The notes under the pieces are model-generated. The model was given only the letters and a program-made list of their open reading frames with translations, ran no database searches and was not told where the DNA came from. Made by a program: the position numbers and the translations under genes. DNA of 59,945 bases, counting the filler, from Asterionella formosa (lineage: Eukaryota): NCBI GenBank assembly GCA_002256025.1. It is 13 parts of 13 records of this genome, joined end to end, with 100 filler letters (N's around TTAATTAATTAA, not from the genome) between each part and the next. Parts side by side here need not be neighbours in the genome. Positions count along the whole stretch, not along the records: positions 55,443 to 59,945 come from NKIB01013487.1; 12 more parts are not named here. One strand, given 5' to 3'. This document shows positions 56,783-59,945 of the stretch, piece after piece. The first letter of the stretch is position 1. Each line of letters begins with the position of its first letter.

Positions 56783-59404
56783 ATGAAGGAAATGGTAGTA
56801 GCAGGAGGGGAAACCGCATCAAGGATTCAATGTATGCATCAGGGTCATTCAATCGATTTATTTACCATCTACAAGACCGGGAATTGTATATCTCTTGCGA
56901 AAATAAATGGCGAATGTGAGCAATTGGAATGGGGTAAAAAGTGTAAGCATGCAATTCAGTTGGTAAATGCAGCTGGGAAACAGCTTGTGTCAAAGGATGA
57001 TGCTAGAGGTGGAAGAACAATTCAAGATTGGTTTTTTGACTTCCGATCCAACCGTAAATTTTCCAATCCATTTTCCAACCTATCATGGTCTGATGGCATT
57101 CAATTCTTTGCTAACAACCCTGGTTTGTAGAATGAAATCAAGGAATACTGGAATACTGGAATACAAATCTTGCAACTCTCTCATGTGGTGGCTTCCAGGC
57201 ATATATCGTTGATAAAATTATTCCAAGGCTGGTTGATGAAAGAAATAAAGGACAAAATACACTGGTAGCTAAGGGAGTGGATTGTGATTCTAATATTTGT
57301 GTGGATCAAACTGTTCTTAGTGAATGCGGCTAAAAGACTCTCTGTCTGGCAACTGCCTCAAACTGGCTGCAACATCTTGGATTCAGGTATGTATATATTG
57401 CCAGCCATGTCTACTATGTTGCATCATTAAAATACAACATTTTGTCTTACAAATAAAATCATTCTCTTTCTTCCATGTGATTTGCTGCTATTTTTTGTAT
57501 TGTTCCAGTTATTCAAGACACCAGAAAGGCTTCTATGTTGATGGGCATGAGCGTAAGGATGTGGTAGAATATAGAGCTTGGTTTTGCTATGAGTACCTTG
57601 TCAATATTGAAATTAGGGCCCCAGTTTGGATCCAAGTCCCTAAGGTGATGGCAATAGAGATGCATCAAAACTCTAAGTTGACAAAAGGCTATTTTGGATA
57701 TGAATATTTGGATCCTCATGATACAGAAATGTGTGAATTTCACCTTGACGATGCGGAAATGTTCCCAGGTATGATACAAATGACTGAATTTGGTTCACAA
57801 TTTGGTGGATTACTCAGTAAGAGAATTGGGGGTAGAAAACCAATTATGATTATTGGTCTCAAGATGAGGCCGTAACACCACATGAAAAGTCCCTTAACCC
57901 TTTCTGTTGGGGTGGTTCAGGTGGACAGAAGGTGATGCGTCCTAAGAATCTTGGAATGAGCTATCACTTCTCAGGTTTTACATCCCGGCAGCTTCATGAG
58001 TGGAATCCAAGGCCAACAGCTGATCAACTAGTGGAAATTAATTATAGTAGAAGAGGTGAAAGCTATATTTCTGTTGATGCTGCCAACAAGGTGTATGTAA
58101 AGGCCACTAAAGATGAGCTTAGAATGGGGGACCATGGATTTGTCAGGCATGTTCTGACATTGGTTTTGCTTCGCCTAAAAATAATCTATGAATAACATCA
58201 CTGCTTTAAAAAAACAGGATTTTAAAGCCAGCCAGGGGTCAATCATGAAGGTTATTGGACAGGGAATCATGTGTTGATCCAGACTAAAGACATGATGGAT
58301 TGCACAAGAGTTATGTTCCCACAATTTGAAAAACTTTGCTTGTTTGATCACAGCTCAGGACATTGTCAGAAGAGAGTTGATTGTTTGGATGAAAGTGTCT
58401 TGAACAAGGGATTTGGGGGCGGCACTCAACCTATGATCATGAATTGCTCAAATGTGTTTGCATGTGATATTGGAGAATTCGATAATGGGACTCAGACTTT
58501 AAAACCAGGGGATACACAGCAATTTCAATTTCCGGATACCCCAGATTCAGCAAGCATAGGGCCATGGTGGTATGGAACTGATGAAAAAAAATTATGGCAT
58601 ATGCATGATATTGAACTTGATGAATGGAAGACACAGTGTCTCAACAAAAATGAGCTAGTGGAAGCACTCCATGAGCAAGTTTGTTCTGAATTACTACCTT
58701 CTCGATTTAATGATAGGAATCCGGCATTCTTGATAGCGCTCTGCAGGTTGCACGGAATTGAAACAACACGCCGATTCAAACGAGTGAGTCCTGGATGGGC
58801 AGGCAATGCAAAGGGAATAGCTCAAATTTTATGGGAGAGAGGAAAATTGCAAGGATCAACTCAAGCTCACTACAGTGCCTTGAAGGATCGTGAGACAGGA
58901 GAGTACAAAGATTTTAATAGTCTCAGGAAACTGTTAGAGAATTGTCGAGATTTCAAGGAAGAAAATACTATGCTTGCTGAGTGGGTCGGTTCCCAGATTG
59001 GGTTGAAAGTGGTCTTAACTCCAAAGCTGGCAGGAGAGGGCATTGAATACATTTGGGGCAGCATGACAAAGAGCAACTATAGGTCCAAGTCGCTATGTGA
59101 CAAGGGAGGGAAGAAGTTTGAAGTTGCAGTGGAAGCATCACACTCTCGTGACTTCATGACTATTGGGAGAATGAGGGCAGCAGCAAGGAAGGCACACTCA
59201 TTTATCGTGGGGTATATGATCATTCATGCTCAAAGAGTGCAATATGAAGAAGGAAATCCTGTTTCCATTCAAGAAATAATACTTAATAACGACTCTGCTG
59301 ACCTTGCGAAGATTCCTGAAATGAAGACCAGATACAAGTCACATCGCAATGCATTGGGTTTTGCTGGTGGCTTTGTCAAGATTCTTGGGAGCATGAAATC
59401 CTGA
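56783..59404 (+). pseudogene. Decayed IS630-Tc1-mariner-like DDE transposase with a long insertion in the catalytic domain; intron 57387-57508
   Basis: Spliced WLQHLGFSYSRHQKGFYVDGHERKDVVEYR, frameshifted GQDEAV, EGYW, FDHSSGH, KGIAQILWERG, LTPK-LAGEGIEYIWG and YKSHRNALGF; several stops and frameshifts. Confidence 0.75.
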
Positions 59405-59945
59405 AATGTGGAAAGTTCGAGATCAAGAAATCTATTATCTAATATCATGGGAGAATAGCTAACAGAAAAAAGTCTGAGTCACTCCTCTGCTTGTAATTCA
59501 AGTGCAACATTTTTCACATCTTATCTACCTATTGCAATGACAACAGACTCTGTCAACTTTGGTTTGCTTCAATGAACTTATCTCCTGTTGCAAGCAACAT
59601 TCAAGAGATGGAAAAGTCCAATCCAGCGGCACAGGCTTCAGCCAGAACAGTGCTGCTGAAGCATTTTTCTGTTGCAAAGTTGATGGTGCAAGCTCCAACT
59701 AAAGTACAGCAGTTCTTTGCTGTCATGACAATCCTACCTCTTGCCATCAGGTAATCATTTTGCAGATGGCACTTGAGTTATAGCTTCAAGGATGATGAAG
59801 CCTGGCTGGAACACTACTACGGCCACATATACTACTAAGCAGGTATGATACACAGCTTAATCATTTTCACTCCTCCATGTCTGAAGTCTCAAGATTGATT
59901 AGCAATAAATAGTGATGCTGTTTTACTTTCAGAATCAATGCCTTC

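Overview
This is not one locus. It is 13 unrelated contigs of about 4.5 kb, sorted by decreasing length (4532 down to 4503 bp) and joined by artificial N44-TTAATTAATTAA-N44 linkers. The source is a fragmented eukaryotic assembly, most likely a diatom: it has GT-AG introns, a bZIP-PAS factor and a diatom-type 'RVGLRCIHC' family protein. Host genes: an NSD/ASH1-like PHD-SET methyltransferase, a STRA6-like membrane protein with a calmodulin-like N-terminus, partial COG4, a bZIP-PAS transcription factor, a partial GT17-like protein and an LRR pseudogene. The rest is mostly mobile DNA: two near-identical assemblies of a tyrosine-recombinase (DIRS-order) retrotransposon, a TSD-flanked tRNA-derived SINE with a highly structured core, three non-autonomous TIR elements (two with in-window evidence for the empty site) and decayed IS630-Tc1-mariner-like transposases. 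The most notable signal is in the YR retrotransposon. Its gag and pol are in the same frame, separated by a single UGA in the canonical readthrough context UGA-CUAG, followed by a stem-loop and 110 stop-free codons. This suggests Gag-Pol is made by programmed stop-codon readthrough.
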